64,000 nucleotides of DNA from Octopus sinensis (lineage: Eukaryota), in NCBI RefSeq assembly GCF_006345805.1, contig NC_042997.1, forward strand, positions 183,210,001 through 183,274,000, written 5' to 3'. Each line of letters begins with the position of its first letter. Within the stretch, counting starts at the first letter, position 1. Of the stretch, positions 13,801 to 28,012 are shown one piece after another. Position numbers and translations under genes: made by a program. The notes under the pieces are model-generated. The model did not search any database. It was not told the DNA's origin and saw only the letters and a program-made list of their open reading frames with translations.

Positions 13801-15479
13801 TCTGAAAGGATGCACTGAGACATTAATTTGCAGTGCTGAAGAACAAGCTTTGAGAACTAATTACACCAAGTTCCAAATAGATAAGAGTATTGACTTTCCC
13901 CCTTGTAGGATATGTGGCATCAAAAATGAAACAGTTTTACATATTGTGTGTGAGTGTAGCAAATTGGCTCAAAAGGAATACAAAAAAGATGCATGATAAT
14001 GTAGCTAAGTATGTTCATTGGAGAGTGTGTGAGATGCATAGTCTTGAAAGGACATTGAAATGATATGAGCATAGGCTCATTGAAAATAATGAGTATAACA
14101 TCTTGTGGAATTTTATAATCCAGTTTGATTCAGCTCGGAGGCCAGGCATTGTTATACAGTGGGCCTTAGTTTACAAACACCTCTCATCTTGAGCAAATTG
14201 ATTTATGAACCATTTTTCGAACTTAAAACATCTTACGTGGATGAAGACCTTCTTTAGCCTGGGTCGCTGGCGTTTCTCCTTTCCCTGCCCACTGTCTTTG
14301 GCACTTGATATTTTTATAGAGAACAAATGTCTCCAAACCAGTCACTATTCGATCCAAAAAAGATTAATTTGTGAAACGTGATAGCAAAGAAGAGCACACA
14401 TTCACTCTCTGCATGTGATTAGACTTGGAAAGTTTGTGAGGAACCCACTTACCCAATTTGCTGACTTTTCTGAGGGCATACAGGTGTGGATGAATGGTTG
14501 AATGATCAAATCTAAGATTCTCTGCTAGTTCCTCAACAGTTATGATGGGATTTTGTTCCGCCAGGCTTTGCAGGACATCTTTGTTGAGCTCTACTGATCT
14601 TCTGGGATGAGGCTCATCTTCTAGACCATAGTTTCCGGCTCGGAATTTCTGGAACCACCATTGACACTGGCTTACGCTTATTGTCTGATCCCCATATACT
14701 GTATTAATATTCCTCATACTTTCTGTTGTGTTGTTGCCTTTATTGAACACATAAAGCAAAATATGCTGAATATACTCCTTTATAGCTTTGTAAAAATAAC
14801 TATTAAAATTGAACTGCACTCTTCAAAACTTGCACTAAGAATAATCACAAGGTAAAATTACTGCCTGCATTTATAGTAAGTTGATGCAGGCAGTTATCCC
14901 ATCCCCATCCGACTTTTAGCTCATGCAATTGAAAAAAATTGAATTATGGGATGACCCAATATGTTAAATTCAGTGCACTTCAAAATAAGTGTCAGGTATT
15001 TTGGAAAATGCTACATGTGGTAGTCCAGCATACTAATGAAGGAGATTTATTTGTCGTTTGCTTAATGACATTAAGTGAACCAATCCTGATATGCTTTTGA
15101 GATTATTTCCTGTGAAAAATCATTCATATTCTTAAAACTGTGTTGCACTCTTGTTTTAAACACAGCTTAGAGATCTTGAACTAATAATCTAGGAGTTAGT
15201 TGATAGTGAAGTATACTTAACTAAAGCTAATATATAGATGTTATAAATGTCAGTTTTATGCGATTTATATTAAGTTTATCTAAAATGCATCTCAATTGAC
15301 TTTAATTAAATATCAGCATTTTCTTTGTTTTTAGGTTTGTTAATTGTGGCGATGACAAACGGATTCTGTACTGGGATATGGAACACAAACAAATGATAGT
15401 TTGTATCTTATTGTTGTCTTTATGCACTGTTATGCATGGTACGGTATGGTATGTATGTACATATGTACGTACGTACGTA

Positions 15480-15514
<35 letters not shown>

Positions 15515-18500
15515 CATTATCAATTTTATTTAATGATTTTTTGCTAATAAAGAACTGGTTTCTAACCTAGATCCAATGTTCCTTCATTGAAATTTCACCA
15601 ACATCAACAGGGTATTTTTGCATGTTTGTGTGTATGTATGCAGCCAATGCACATGCAGATTTGCTTGTTTGTTTGTTTTTTGTATTTATTTCATCTTTCA
15701 CTTCTTTCAATCATTAGACTGCAGTCTTGCTGAGGCACTGCCTTGAAGCGGTATTAGTTGAATGTTTCAACCCTAGTACTTGTTTTTTTAAAAGACAGGT
15801 ACTTATTCTATCAGTCTCTTTTGCTGAACTGATAAGTTACAGAGACATAAACACACCTGCACTGGTTGTCAAGTGGTGGGCAGGCAACAAGCTCAGAGAA
15901 AGAGAGAGAGCTACACATATACACACACACACAATGGTGTTCTTTCTGTTTCCATCTGCCAAGTACAAAGTTTTGGCTATAGTAGAAGACACTTGCCCAA
16001 GGTGTTATGCAGTGGGACTGAACCCTGAACCATGTGGTTGGTAAGCAAGCTTCTTACCACACAGCCATGATTATGCCTATGGTGATATTTGATGATATTT
16101 CAGAAAAACAAATAGCATGAGTTATCCACGAAACTGGTTACAGTGGCTTAACCATTGTATTATATGAATTTGGAATAGTAAGAATATCAGAACTAATGTA
16201 TAATCATAAAGACAGGATCAAAAAACAAGTTTTGGATCATCATCATCGTTTAACATCCGCTTTCCATGCTAGCATGGGTTAGACGATTTTGACTGAGGGC
16301 TGGCGAACCAGATGGCTGCACCAGGCTCCAATCTTAATCTGGCAGAGTTTCTACAGTTGGATGCCCTTCCTAATGCCAACCACTCCGAGAGTATAGTGGG
16401 TGCTTTTTACGTACCACCTGCACGGAGGCCAGTCAGGCGGTACTGGCAATGACCTCACTCGAATCTTTTTACGCATGCCACCGGCACAGGTGCCAGTAAG
16501 GTGACACTGGTAACAATCACACATGAATGGTGCCCTCTGGCAATGATCACGCTCTGATGGTGCTCTTGGCACCATACAAGCATGGGCACAAGTGCCAGTA
16601 AGGCGATGCTGGTAACGATCACACCCGAATGGTAATCACATAAAAATGAGAAGTTGTTATATATTTGCCTTTCCCCTGTATGCCTTAGTGAAATGATATC
16701 AGTCAAAAAGACCCTACTCACTGAGGAAATAACAGTAACAAAAAGCTAACAAAAAACTGATATACTCCATGGTTAGCAAGAAAATTAGTATCATTGACAG
16801 TAGCATTTTTTCTCTCTGTTCTTCTAAGTATACTTCATACATAAACACCAATATTTGTTTTAACCCTTTCGTTACTGTATTTATTTTGAGATGCTCTGTG
16901 TTTCGTTCAATTACTTTAAATATAACAAAGAATTTAGTAAAATAAGTTATCATTCAGCTAGTGTTAGGAAACATAAATTGTGACTAAGGTTTGGTGGAAG
17001 ATTTTAATTCCAAACTTATGAAAACAAGACATTTCTACTCAGAGCCAGAGCCGGTTTCAGCCAGGTTGGTAACAAAAAGGTTAATGGTATCAGTAATAGT
17101 TATGGAAATAGTAGTAATAGAGACAGATTTTCAAACAGCACCTAATTCCATTATTGTAATATTATTTTTTTACTTGATAAAAACTACATCTTTTAATATA
17201 ATAAATTCATTGTAATTCTGTGTTGTTTGAATATTCTTTAATTAACCCTTTGTCAATCAATAATTTCAGTGGAGTGGAGAACATAAAGGAATTGTCATGG
17301 ATTGTAGAGTTTCACATAATGGAAAGTTACTAGCATCATGTTCTGATCTCGACAATCAAATTAAAATCTGGGATAGAAGAGCCCCAAAGGCTTTTAATAA
17401 TCTGCAAGGTAATGCAGCCTGTTAAAATATATTAAAAACAAACTTTATTTTTCACTTACTCTTCATCAAAGTGAATGTTTTTTTGGTTTTACTTCCATTT
17501 TACATGGACAAGATGGTTTCCATTAGAGCCATGGTTTTACAGCTAGATGCTATTCTCACAGTCAACTTGAGCAAAAAGAGGCTGATCACATCTGACATTC
17601 TTTCAGGCAGATCCAGTTAGTTTCCTTGAAAGTTTCCTAACCCAGGATGAGTGTTGGTTTCATCACTTTGAGCCAGAAATAAAGAGACAATCCATGCAGT
17701 GGAAACACCCCTCCTAACCTGTTCCAAAGAAGGCCAAGGTCATTTCATCTGCAGAAAAGGTGATGACCCTAGTTTTTTGGAATGCAAAAGGCCTTGTGTT
17801 TGGAGCATACTACACTGACTTGCTGAGACAGTTATGAATGGATATCAAGAGCAAATACACAGGAAAACTGATGAAACGGGTTTTCTTTCATCAGGTCAAT
17901 GCATCAGCCCACAAATCCATGGTTTCAATGGCTACTGTGCATGACTGTGGCTTTGAACTGGTTCATCAACCTCCCTTACCTGTACCACTCAAGTGTGGTG
18001 AGGGATTTGTGTTGCTTTTTGTCCTTTGATATTTCATTTGTGAAAATATTGGAGTTGCAAACATTCTTGGGATAAACAATGATAAGAACAAAAGGAAATT
18101 TGTGTCATTGTAGATGCTTAATTCTGGTGCATCTGTTGTAAAGCATCTGATTGAAGATAATGGTATGCAATATATTATTTGTACATAACTTAACCCTTTA
18201 TCATTCAGAATATTCTGTCAAATGTAATACATATTTGTTCACATTATTTTGAGTTCATCAGGCATTATCTCATAGCTTTGAGATTTTGATGATGTGATTG
18301 TTTATTTTAAGAATGACATTGTCGGATAGGTGTGAGATGCTGGATCTAACAAGTTTGAACATAATGGAAGTAGAATATTTGAGTTGGATATGGCTGGTTT
18401 AAATGCAAAAGGGTTTCTTAGGAGAAATAGAAAAATATTGCATAGGACAGAAAATAAATACTTTTTGATTAAGTGGATTTGACAGCATGTAAATGAATGC

Positions 18501-21500
18501 ATGCCATTGATTTGTTTTCTTGGTTATAAAACAATCTTTAATGTTTCAAAGAGCTGAATATTACGCGTGAATTTTCAGAAGGCTGGCAGCAAAGGCTTAA
18601 AAAAGTGATATGGTGTTAAAATACTAAAAATCCATTCTGAAGAAACATTTGCTGATTATCATCTATATAATTGCTGTGGAAGGATTCTGACCACCCCCAT
18701 GTGACTAAAAGTGGAGTGGGTCATTTCTATTAAATAGACAACTATCAGGTTGTCAGCAGTTTGTGTGGTAAAATAGGCCATTACAAGTCACATTGTAAGA
18801 CAGAATTTGAAAAACGATTCAACAGAAAAAATCATGTAAACGGATTATTGGTAACAAAAATATGAATGAGCCTCGAAGAAAATTTGTCTATGTAAAAATT
18901 AATAACACAAACAAAATTACAATTTGATGCAGGCAGCAACACCTCAATAATTAACACAGATACATGGAAAAAAATCAGGAGACCTAAATTAAATGAAACT
19001 TTGAAAATTGCACGTGGTGTTTCAGGGAAAAAATTATATTTTAAGGGTGAATTGATAAGTAACATTACATTTTGTGAAAAAACTTTAAAGGCTAAAGTTT
19101 TTGTGTTAAATAATACAACAAACTTGTTTGATACTGACTGGATGAAATTGTTTAATTTATGGGACCTCCCCATAAATCTTTTCTGTAAAAATGTAAATGA
19201 TTTTTCCTCTAGTACAAATAAGTCACCAGACGAATTTAAAAAAAAAAAATTTATATTTTTCCTGAAGTTCTTTCCGGTAAATTAGGTGTGTACCAAAATG
19301 AAGGCACAGTTCCAAATACAAGAAAACACCATACTGACATTTAAACAAAAACAAACTACTGTTTGCGGCATGAGAACAGATAAACTTAGAGTTAGAGAGA
19401 CTAGAAAGAATTGGAGTTATCCTAAAAGTAGAATACAGTCAATGGTCAGCACCAACTCTGTACATTAAGAAGAGAAAAAAAACAGAGTCTGTGCTGATTT
19501 TTCCACTAGTTTAAACAAATGTCTTAAAACATGCCACTATCTGCCCCTACTCTGGAGGATATTTTTGTGAAATTAAATGGTAGCAAGATATTTTCTAAAA
19601 TGGATCTCTCTGATGTTTACCTACAAATTAGAGTAGATGATGAATGCTCTAAATACCTAACAATTAACACACATAAAGGACTGTATAAATACAACAGGTT
19701 ACCACCAGCAATTTTTCAAAAAGTTATGAATGCAATGTTAGCAGACTGTAAATTTGCAATTCCATATCTGGATGATATATTCATTATAAGCGAATCCAGA
19801 GATCAACATGTAGAGTGTGTAAAATATGTATTTGAAAAAATTAGGGATTACGACTTACCTTTGAGTGAAGAAAAGTGTGAATTTTTATTACTAGGACAAA
19901 TCATGGACATCAATCAGACCTGTTGAGGGCAGATGCAATTAAAAATATGTCTCCTCTGACTAATATACCAACCATACAAGCATTTTTAGGACTGACAAAT
20001 TATTACCAAAATTATATTCCAAATATGCATAAGGTGAGGATTTCACTGAGTAATCTGCTGAAAAAAGATATAAAATGGAATTGGTCAGAAAACTATCAAA
20101 AGTCATTTGATGAAATAAAAAAAGATATCAATATCTCATTTGTCATTAGCACACTTCAATCCTGCTGTGGAGATTGTTGAAGCATCAGATACTTCTGAGT
20201 ATGGTATAGGAGCAATAATACTACATAAATATAAAGATGGTAACATGAAGGTGGTGGTTCATGCCTGACATTCTCTGACATCAGCTGAGAAAAGTTATAG
20301 TCAAATTGAAAAAGAAGCTCTAGCGATAATTTTTGCTGTGGAAAAATTTCACAGATCTTTGCATGGTAGGAGTTTTCATCTACAGATTGATCACTGTCCA
20401 TTATTATTGATATTTGGGTTATAAAAAAGAATTCCTATGCATACTGTTAATAGGTTACAATGCTGAGGTACATCATCATCATCATCATCATCATTTAACG
20501 TCCGCTTTCCATGCTAGCATGGGTTGGACGGTTCAACTGGGGTCTGGGGAGCCTGAAGGCTGCACCAGGCCAGTCAGATCTGGCAGTGTTTCTACAGCTG
20601 GATGCCCTTCCTAACGCCAACCACTCCGAGAGTGTAGTGGGTGATTTTATGTGCCACCGACACAGGTGCCAGACGAGGCTGGCGAACGGCCACGCTCGGA
20701 TGGTGTTTTTATGTGCCACCGACACAGGTGCCAGACGAGGCTGGCAAACGGCCACGCTCGGATGGTGTTTTTATGTGCCACCGACACAGGTGCCAGACGA
20801 GGCTGGCGAACGGCCACGCTCAGATGGTGTTTTTATGTGCCACCGACACAGGTGCCAGACAAGGCTAGCAGACGACCACGCTCGGATGGTGTTTTTTATG
20901 TGCCACCGACACAGGAGCCAGATGAGGCTGGCGATCGGCCACGATCGGATGGTGATTGTTATGTGCCCACAGCATGGAGGCCAGTCGGTGCGGCACTGGC
21001 TACGACCACGTTCAGATGGTTTTCTCGTGTGCCACCGGCACTGGTACCACAAAGATACAAATTCCATTGATGTTCATCTATTTTGATTTTGTTTGATTTT
21101 TTGATTTGATTTGATTTGATTTTCACTTGCCTCAACAGGTCGTCACAAGTGTCACAAGAAGGAAGGTATGCACAGGTGGACTGACTACGTCCCAGGTAGG
21201 GGCCACGGGTTATGGCCTGACTAGTCTTGCCGGGTCTTCTCACGCACAGCATACTTCCATAGGTCTCGGTCTCTAGTCATTTCCTTGGTGAGACCTAAAG
21301 TTCGAAGGTCGTGCCTCACCACTTCGTCCCAGGTTTTCCTGGGTCTACCTCTTCCACAGGTTCCCTCAACTGCTAGGGTGTAGCACTTTTGCACACAACT
21401 ATCTTCAGCCATTCTCATCTTATGACCATACCAGCGCAGCCGTCTCTCTTGCACACCACAACTGACGCTTCTTAGGTTCAACTTTTCTCTCAAGGTACTT

Positions 21501-24500
21501 ACACTCTGACGATTATGAACACTGACATTACACATCCATCGGAGCATACTGGCTTCATTTCTTGCGAGCTTACGCATATCCTCAGCAGTCATGGCCCATG
21601 TTTCACTACCATGTAGCATGGCTGTACGTACACATGCATCATACAGTCTGCCTTTTACTCTGAGCGAGAGGCCTTTTGTCACCAGCAGGGGTAAGAGCTC
21701 TCTAAACTTTGCCCAGGCTATTCTTACTCTAGCAGTTACACTTTCAGCACACCCACCCCCGCTACTGACTTGGTCTCCTAGGTAGCGGAAGCTATCAACT
21801 ACTTCTAGTTTGTCTCCCTGGAACGTGGTAGAGGTTGGTCTCTGCACGTTTCCAGTGTTTATTTCTCCTGAGCATCTGCCACATATGAAAACTATCTTCC
21901 CAGTTAGCCTACCTTTGACATTGCTGCACCTCTTATGTGTCCATAGCTTACACTTGGTGCACCTTATAGAGTTTCTACCTACACCTTTTTTACAGATCGA
22001 GCAGGGCCATCTACCTGAAGTCGTTTGTGGTTGGTCCACCTTCCTACTTATTAGGACTTTGGTTTTGGCTAGGTTGATTCTAAGGCCCTTCGATTCTAAT
22101 CCTTGTTTCCACACCTGAAACTTCTCCAGTTCTGATAGTGACTCAGCAATTAGAGCAAGGCCATCAGCATAGAGGAGCTCCCAGGGGCATCCTGTCTTGA
22201 ATTCTTCCGTTATTGCCTGGAGGACTATGATAAATAGGAGGGGGCTGAGGACTGAACCTTGGTGGACCCCAACCTCTACCCGGAATTCTTCACTGTACTC
22301 GTTGCCTACCCTCACCTTACTAGCAGCATCTCTGTACATGGCTCGCACAGCTCTCACTAACCATTCATCTATCCCTAGTTTCCTCATTGACCACCAGATA
22401 AGGGATTGGGGGACCCTGTCAAAGGCTTTCTCCAAGTCAACAAAAGCCAGGTACAAGGGCTTACCTTTGGCTAGGTATTTCTCCTGCAGCTGTCTTACCA
22501 GGAATATAGCATCAGTAGTACTTTTCCCTGGCACAAACCCAAACTGCATATCATCTAAGCTAACTCTCTCTCTAATTAATTGGGCTATAACTCTCTCCAT
22601 AACCTTCATTACCTGATCCAACAACTTGATGCCCCTGTAGTTATTTGTATCTAGGGCGTCACCTTTACCTTTGTAGCAGTTGACTATTATGCTGCTACAC
22701 CAGTCATTGGGTATGACTCCTTCGTGTATCACCTGGTTAACTATACGGGTGACTATGCTATAGCCGACACTACCAGATATTTTGAGCATCTCTGCAGTAA
22801 TTCCTGATGGGCCTGGGGCTTTCTCTGTCTTCATGCTTCTAATTGCCTTAGCTACCACGGAACTATCAACTCGGATAGCTGGTCCCTCTGTTGGGTCAGC
22901 AGACTCTCTTTATCCCATTCATTTTCCTCATTCAGCAACCTTTCATAGTGGCGTCTCCAAGCCTCTCTCTTTGCATCCTCATTTAGCGCAAGTGAACCGT
23001 CATCCTTGCGAACACATTTCTCTCCTACCACATCACGATTCTCTCTCACACACTGTCTTGCAACACAAAATACCTCAAGTCTTTCATCCTCATGGCGCAG
23101 GACATTGGCAAATTTTCTCTTATCTGCTTCCCCTCTGACTAGATAGACCTGTCTCCTAGCTTCCCTTCTGGCAGTCTGATACACTTCCCTGCTACCCCCG
23201 TTCTTCCAAGCCTGTTTCTTTTGTCTAATAGCCCAGTCAACAATATTGTTCCACCACCACGTTATTTTGGGTCTTAAAGGGACTTTGCACCAGCCAAAGA
23301 TCTGGTCAGTGGCTTTCAGCAGGTTGTCCCTCAGAAGCATCCAGTTGTCTTCTACCCCATGCATAGCCATACCCCCTTCCATTTCGTCAAAGGCTTCAAG
23401 TAACATGTCTCTAAATCTCTGTCCATTCGCAGGGTCTTTAAGCTTCCAGACCCTTCTCCATGTTGGTCGTCTTCTAGTCGCCCTCTTATTCCTGATCCTA
23501 AAGTCACTAACTACCGGTCTATGTTGTGGGGTGCATTCTTCGCCTGGGAAGGTTTTGGCATTTATAAGCAGCCATCTTTCCCTTTTTCTGGCAAGGATGT
23601 AGTCGATTTGGCTAGTATGCCGGCCCGATCGGTAGGTGACCAGGTGGCTTGCTGGTTTCCTGAAGTTAGTGTTGCAGACCATAAGACTATTCGCATCGCA
23701 GAACTCCAGCAGCCTGGTTCCCTCCTCGTTGCGGGAACCATAACCGTAGCCTCCATGTACGCCATGGAAGCCCCCAGCATGTCGTCCAACATGCCCATTG
23801 AAATCACCAGCCACAAAGAGAAGGTCCCTGTCGTTCGTCAATGAGGTGGTCTGCAGTAGGGTGTCATAGAAACTGTCTTTCTGTCCATCGGGTAGCCCTG
23901 GCTGAGGGGCATAGGCCAATATAATAGTTGCTAATCTATTATGAAGCACTATTCTAATCTTAAGTATTCTGTCACTTACTCTGATTACCTCAATTACTCT
24001 ATCTACCCATTTCTCAGCAATAAGTATACCCACGCCACCAACCCCGTCAGTGTTCCCTGCCCAGAAAATCTTGTACCTGTGTTCCTTGCCTGTGAGGAAC
24101 CTAGCAGATCCTCCTCTCCACCTTATTTCTTGCATGCAACATACATCAACACGTCTCCGTTCAAGCATCTCGACTATCTCGCCAGACCTACGATATCATT
24201 AAACCATGATTTCAAGATGGAGTATACACTATCCAAGAAACAAGGGCATGTGGATTGTCTATCAAGACTGATTTCAAAAAATGTGGAACCATTTGCAGAT
24301 ATCATGATTGCTGTTTTGTGAGTGGAAAATAAAACTGAAAATGTTTTGTGTAACATCATTCATGAACTGCTAGTTACTTTACAAGACATAAAATTGAAAT
24401 CAGAAAATGATAAATTTATTATAAAAATGAAAGAAATACTGAAGGCTAAAAGAGATAAAAATATGTGCAACACAAATGTGAACCATTTCTCATTGTGTGA

Positions 24501-27500
24501 CAATGTGTTGATGTATGCACGAAGAGTCATAGTGCCAGCCACACTACAAAAGCAATTATCAAAGGAATTTCATTTTGGTCACCCAGGGATTTTGAGAATG
24601 AAATCATTAATGAGAAGTTACGTATATTGGCCAACAATGGACCATGACATTAGAGAATCTTTGAAATCATGCAGAGGATGTGTCTTAGTTGCAAAATCAC
24701 TAAATGGCAACCATGGCCAAAAACAGATGTTCCACGGGCCAGACTGCATGTTGTTTATGCAGGTCCACTCAAGGGATCATATGACCTTCTTGTGGTGGGC
24801 ATTTTTTCAAAGTGGCCAGAAGTACATAAATGTAAAAAGCTGACATCTGTGGTTACAATAATAAGCTTTTTACACAAATTGTTTGTCCGGTATGGTATTC
24901 CAGGTACCATTGTGTCAGATAATGGAACTCAATTTACCTCAGTTGAGTTCGGAAAACTTTGCAAAATGTTCGTCGTCATCAAACATATGACCACTCTGCC
25001 CTATCATCCTAGATCAAATGGACAAGTGGAGCATTTTGTTGACACTTTCAAGAGAGTGTTGAAAAAGATGAACAATAAAGTGATGGACAATTTTGCACTC
25101 CAACAATTTCTAAGAGTGTACTGAGTAACACCTAATCTGAGTACATTGTTGGGAATGTCACCTATAGAATTGATGTTTGCTAGAAAGGTCAGATCTGTCT
25201 TTGATAAGTGAAAATAAAAAAAGCAAACAACAAAAATACTTCAAAATTCTTCAAGTTAGGTGACAAAAATTTTTTTGAAAACCTATAGACATGATAAAGA
25301 AAGCTGGGAGGACAGTGTAATTATTAAACAAATTGGAAGAATGATATTCCTAGTAAAAGGGGAAAATGTCTAACAAGACATTAACCAGCTTAAGACAAGG
25401 TTCATGGTAAAGACAGTCACAAAAACAAAGGGGAGGTGTGGAAGGATACTCCCCCCCCCAAGTGACTAAAGGTGGCCTGGATCATTGTCATAAACTAAAG
25501 AACTGTGAGTAATTAGCAGTTCGTGTTGGTAGCAGTTCACTGTGAGCCTTTGATATAAAGTGTTGAGTCTCATGTAATAACAGTGCATCATATATATACT
25601 TTCTTCCCCCCACTGCTTCATTATATCCAAGACAAGGATATAAAAATAATAATTCTGCTTGTTTGTTCATTCCCACTTTGTACCTTTGTTAGAGAGAGTG
25701 AGATAGCAGATAGCCAATTTCACTAACCATACTGTCATAAGGTTAGTTGAAATGAGAGGTAAAGAGAAAGAGAAATGTTAATGACATGAAAAGGGGAATT
25801 ACATGGTTAAAAAAGTGTGTTGAAGTGAGAGAAAGAGAGAGAGAGTGCTTAGCAAAGGGAAATTTTAAAATCGTATAATATATTGTTGCAACTGGAAGTG
25901 AAATAACAGCAAAATAGCTGTGGCTGTTATTTTTTAATTTGCATTTCTTAATTTGCAATGAAAATGAAACTAATCATGTTTATAAAAACATTGTGTATAT
26001 TCTCTGTATTGTTTTATGTACATTAATTGTATATAATGTAAAGTAATGATAAAATATTGCATAATAAGGAATGTGCAATTATATATTGATTTTGTTGTTT
26101 CAATAGAATTAAATACTAATGAATGATATGTGCATTAAGTATCTTCAACTTGATGATAATGAAGTTAATATTCATGTACTCTCTTTTCCAAAACATAAGA
26201 ATAAGCTATAACTTTATATGTAGTTTTTACTACAGAAATATAATGTTTGATTAAGGTTACTGTATCAGATCTAGCTGGAGGTGTTATTTTATATGTGTCC
26301 TAAAATCTAAAACAAATTCTGCATTTCAAATCACTGCTAGTCTAAAGAAAGATTGCTATAATTCTTTGCAGAAAGAAATACAATTTCTCTTGACGTTTAC
26401 AGATTTTCACAAAAAAACTTCAACATGTCTAAGGTTCACACAAGAGGATGATAAAATAGTTTCTACATCATTTGATGGTACTACATCAATTTTTGACTTG
26501 AGAACAAACAGAGCCATAATTACTTTGACGTAAGTACAACATTTCAAAAGTAAAATCTAAAATAAATTGTTTTGATAGTAAATTTACCACAAACAACATA
26601 CTCAGTTCTATTGTGTCTGGGGAGAGTAATTTTCTTTTTGTGCCTTATGTAACACACTCACTGGTAAAATTTCCATGTTTTTCTTATTTTTATTGTCCTA
26701 AAATTTTTGTTGCGTCTTGCAACCTTATGACTCTCCCCAGACACAATAGAATATGCTTCAACACACGAACTCATATAAAGAATCTTGCAAACCAAATCCA
26801 AAAACATTAAAAAAATAACATACTCAGTTCTTCCTCTGAAATGCTTATACATGTTTGAGAAGCCTACTTCCTGTGAACTTCTCCCAAGCATAGAGACAGC
26901 CATGGATAGTAATTTAAACAACATACTAACTGCACCAATTTGTCTTAACCAACTCTGCTGAAAGAAACTGATTCTTTTTCAATTGACCCTCCTAATTTCT
27001 AAGTTTCTAAAAACAACTTATATTTCTGAGGGTTAAGCCACTGAATGTCTAATCCTATGAAATACCTGAAGAAATTCAAGTAATTCTTCATTTCATTATG
27101 ACTCAGTTTTATTTTTTACTAGCAGTGTTGCTCGGGTTTGTTTTTTTTTTCAATCCTTTAGAATTGGAATTTTTGAAAAGTAAAAATTTTGCATTATGTA
27201 GCTTGTTATTCTCTTTAAGTGAACATTTTTCTAGTTGAAATACACCGAAAAATGGCAATACAGCAGTCAAAAAATTGTAAAAAAAATAGGGATTTTCATA
27301 GAAAAAAAGCACCTTTTTGATGTAAATAATTTTTGGTCTTAACATGATCTGATTTGAATTTTTTCTTCAACAGAATGAAGAGCAAGCCTTCTTCTATCAT
27401 GCTCTCAATTTTGGTCAACTTGCGCTGCAGGGTCTCGGAGGAGATAGTGTTAGTTGAAGCCTACCAAACCTGCCACACACAGACAACTTCAGCTTTATAT

Positions 27501-27956
27501 ATATAGATTTCATCTCTTTTTGACAGGGGACACAAGAATATTGTTTCTTGCTGTGCACTGACTTTAAATGACCACTTCCTGGTCACTGGTGGATGGGACA
27601 AAATTTTAAATATATGGGATATTGCAATAGGAAAATACAGGTAACTATTTTCAAAACATCTTGATTTTAGTTTTCATATTCTTTTATTCTTTCTTTTTTT
27701 TTTTTTACTTGCTTCAGCCATTAGACTGTAGCCATGCTGAAGGGTTTTAGTTTAACGAATTGACCCCAGGACTTATTTTTAAAGCCTAGTACTTATTCTG
27801 TTGGTCTCCTTTGCTGAACTGCTAAGTTATGAAGACATAAACACACTAACACTGATTAACAAGTGGTGATGGTGGGGGAGAAAGCACAAACACAAAGGCA
27901 CACATACATATATATATATATAGAGAGAGATGATGATGATATACATACATATACAT

Positions 27957-28012
<56 letters not shown>

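Larger units (their letters stand above)
18675..26150 (+). mobile_element. Decayed Gypsy/Ty3 LTR retrotransposon (truncated 5' LTR, gag knuckle, protease-RT-RNase H, integrase, PPT, 3' LTR from 25437; right end approximate)
   Basis: [11 protein letters not shown]; [13 protein letters not shown]...YLDDIFI; [15 protein letters not shown]; [21 protein letters not shown]; [11 protein letters not shown]...[14 protein letters not shown] aaaggggagg precedes TGTGGAAGGAT, which is also seen at 18675. Confidence 0.9.

Noticed and set aside
20645-21045. 62-bp array and overlapping 139-191 aa ORFs as a CRISPR array or a gene
   Set aside because: There are no unique spacers (the whole unit repeats), no cas genes and the context is eukaryotic. 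The array is the 3' UTR of the RTE LINE and the ORFs are by-products of the repeat.
26403-26420. Suspected frameshift in the A-run of exon 5
   Set aside because: The exon length of 127 nt equals 2+41 codons+2, so the frame is intact.
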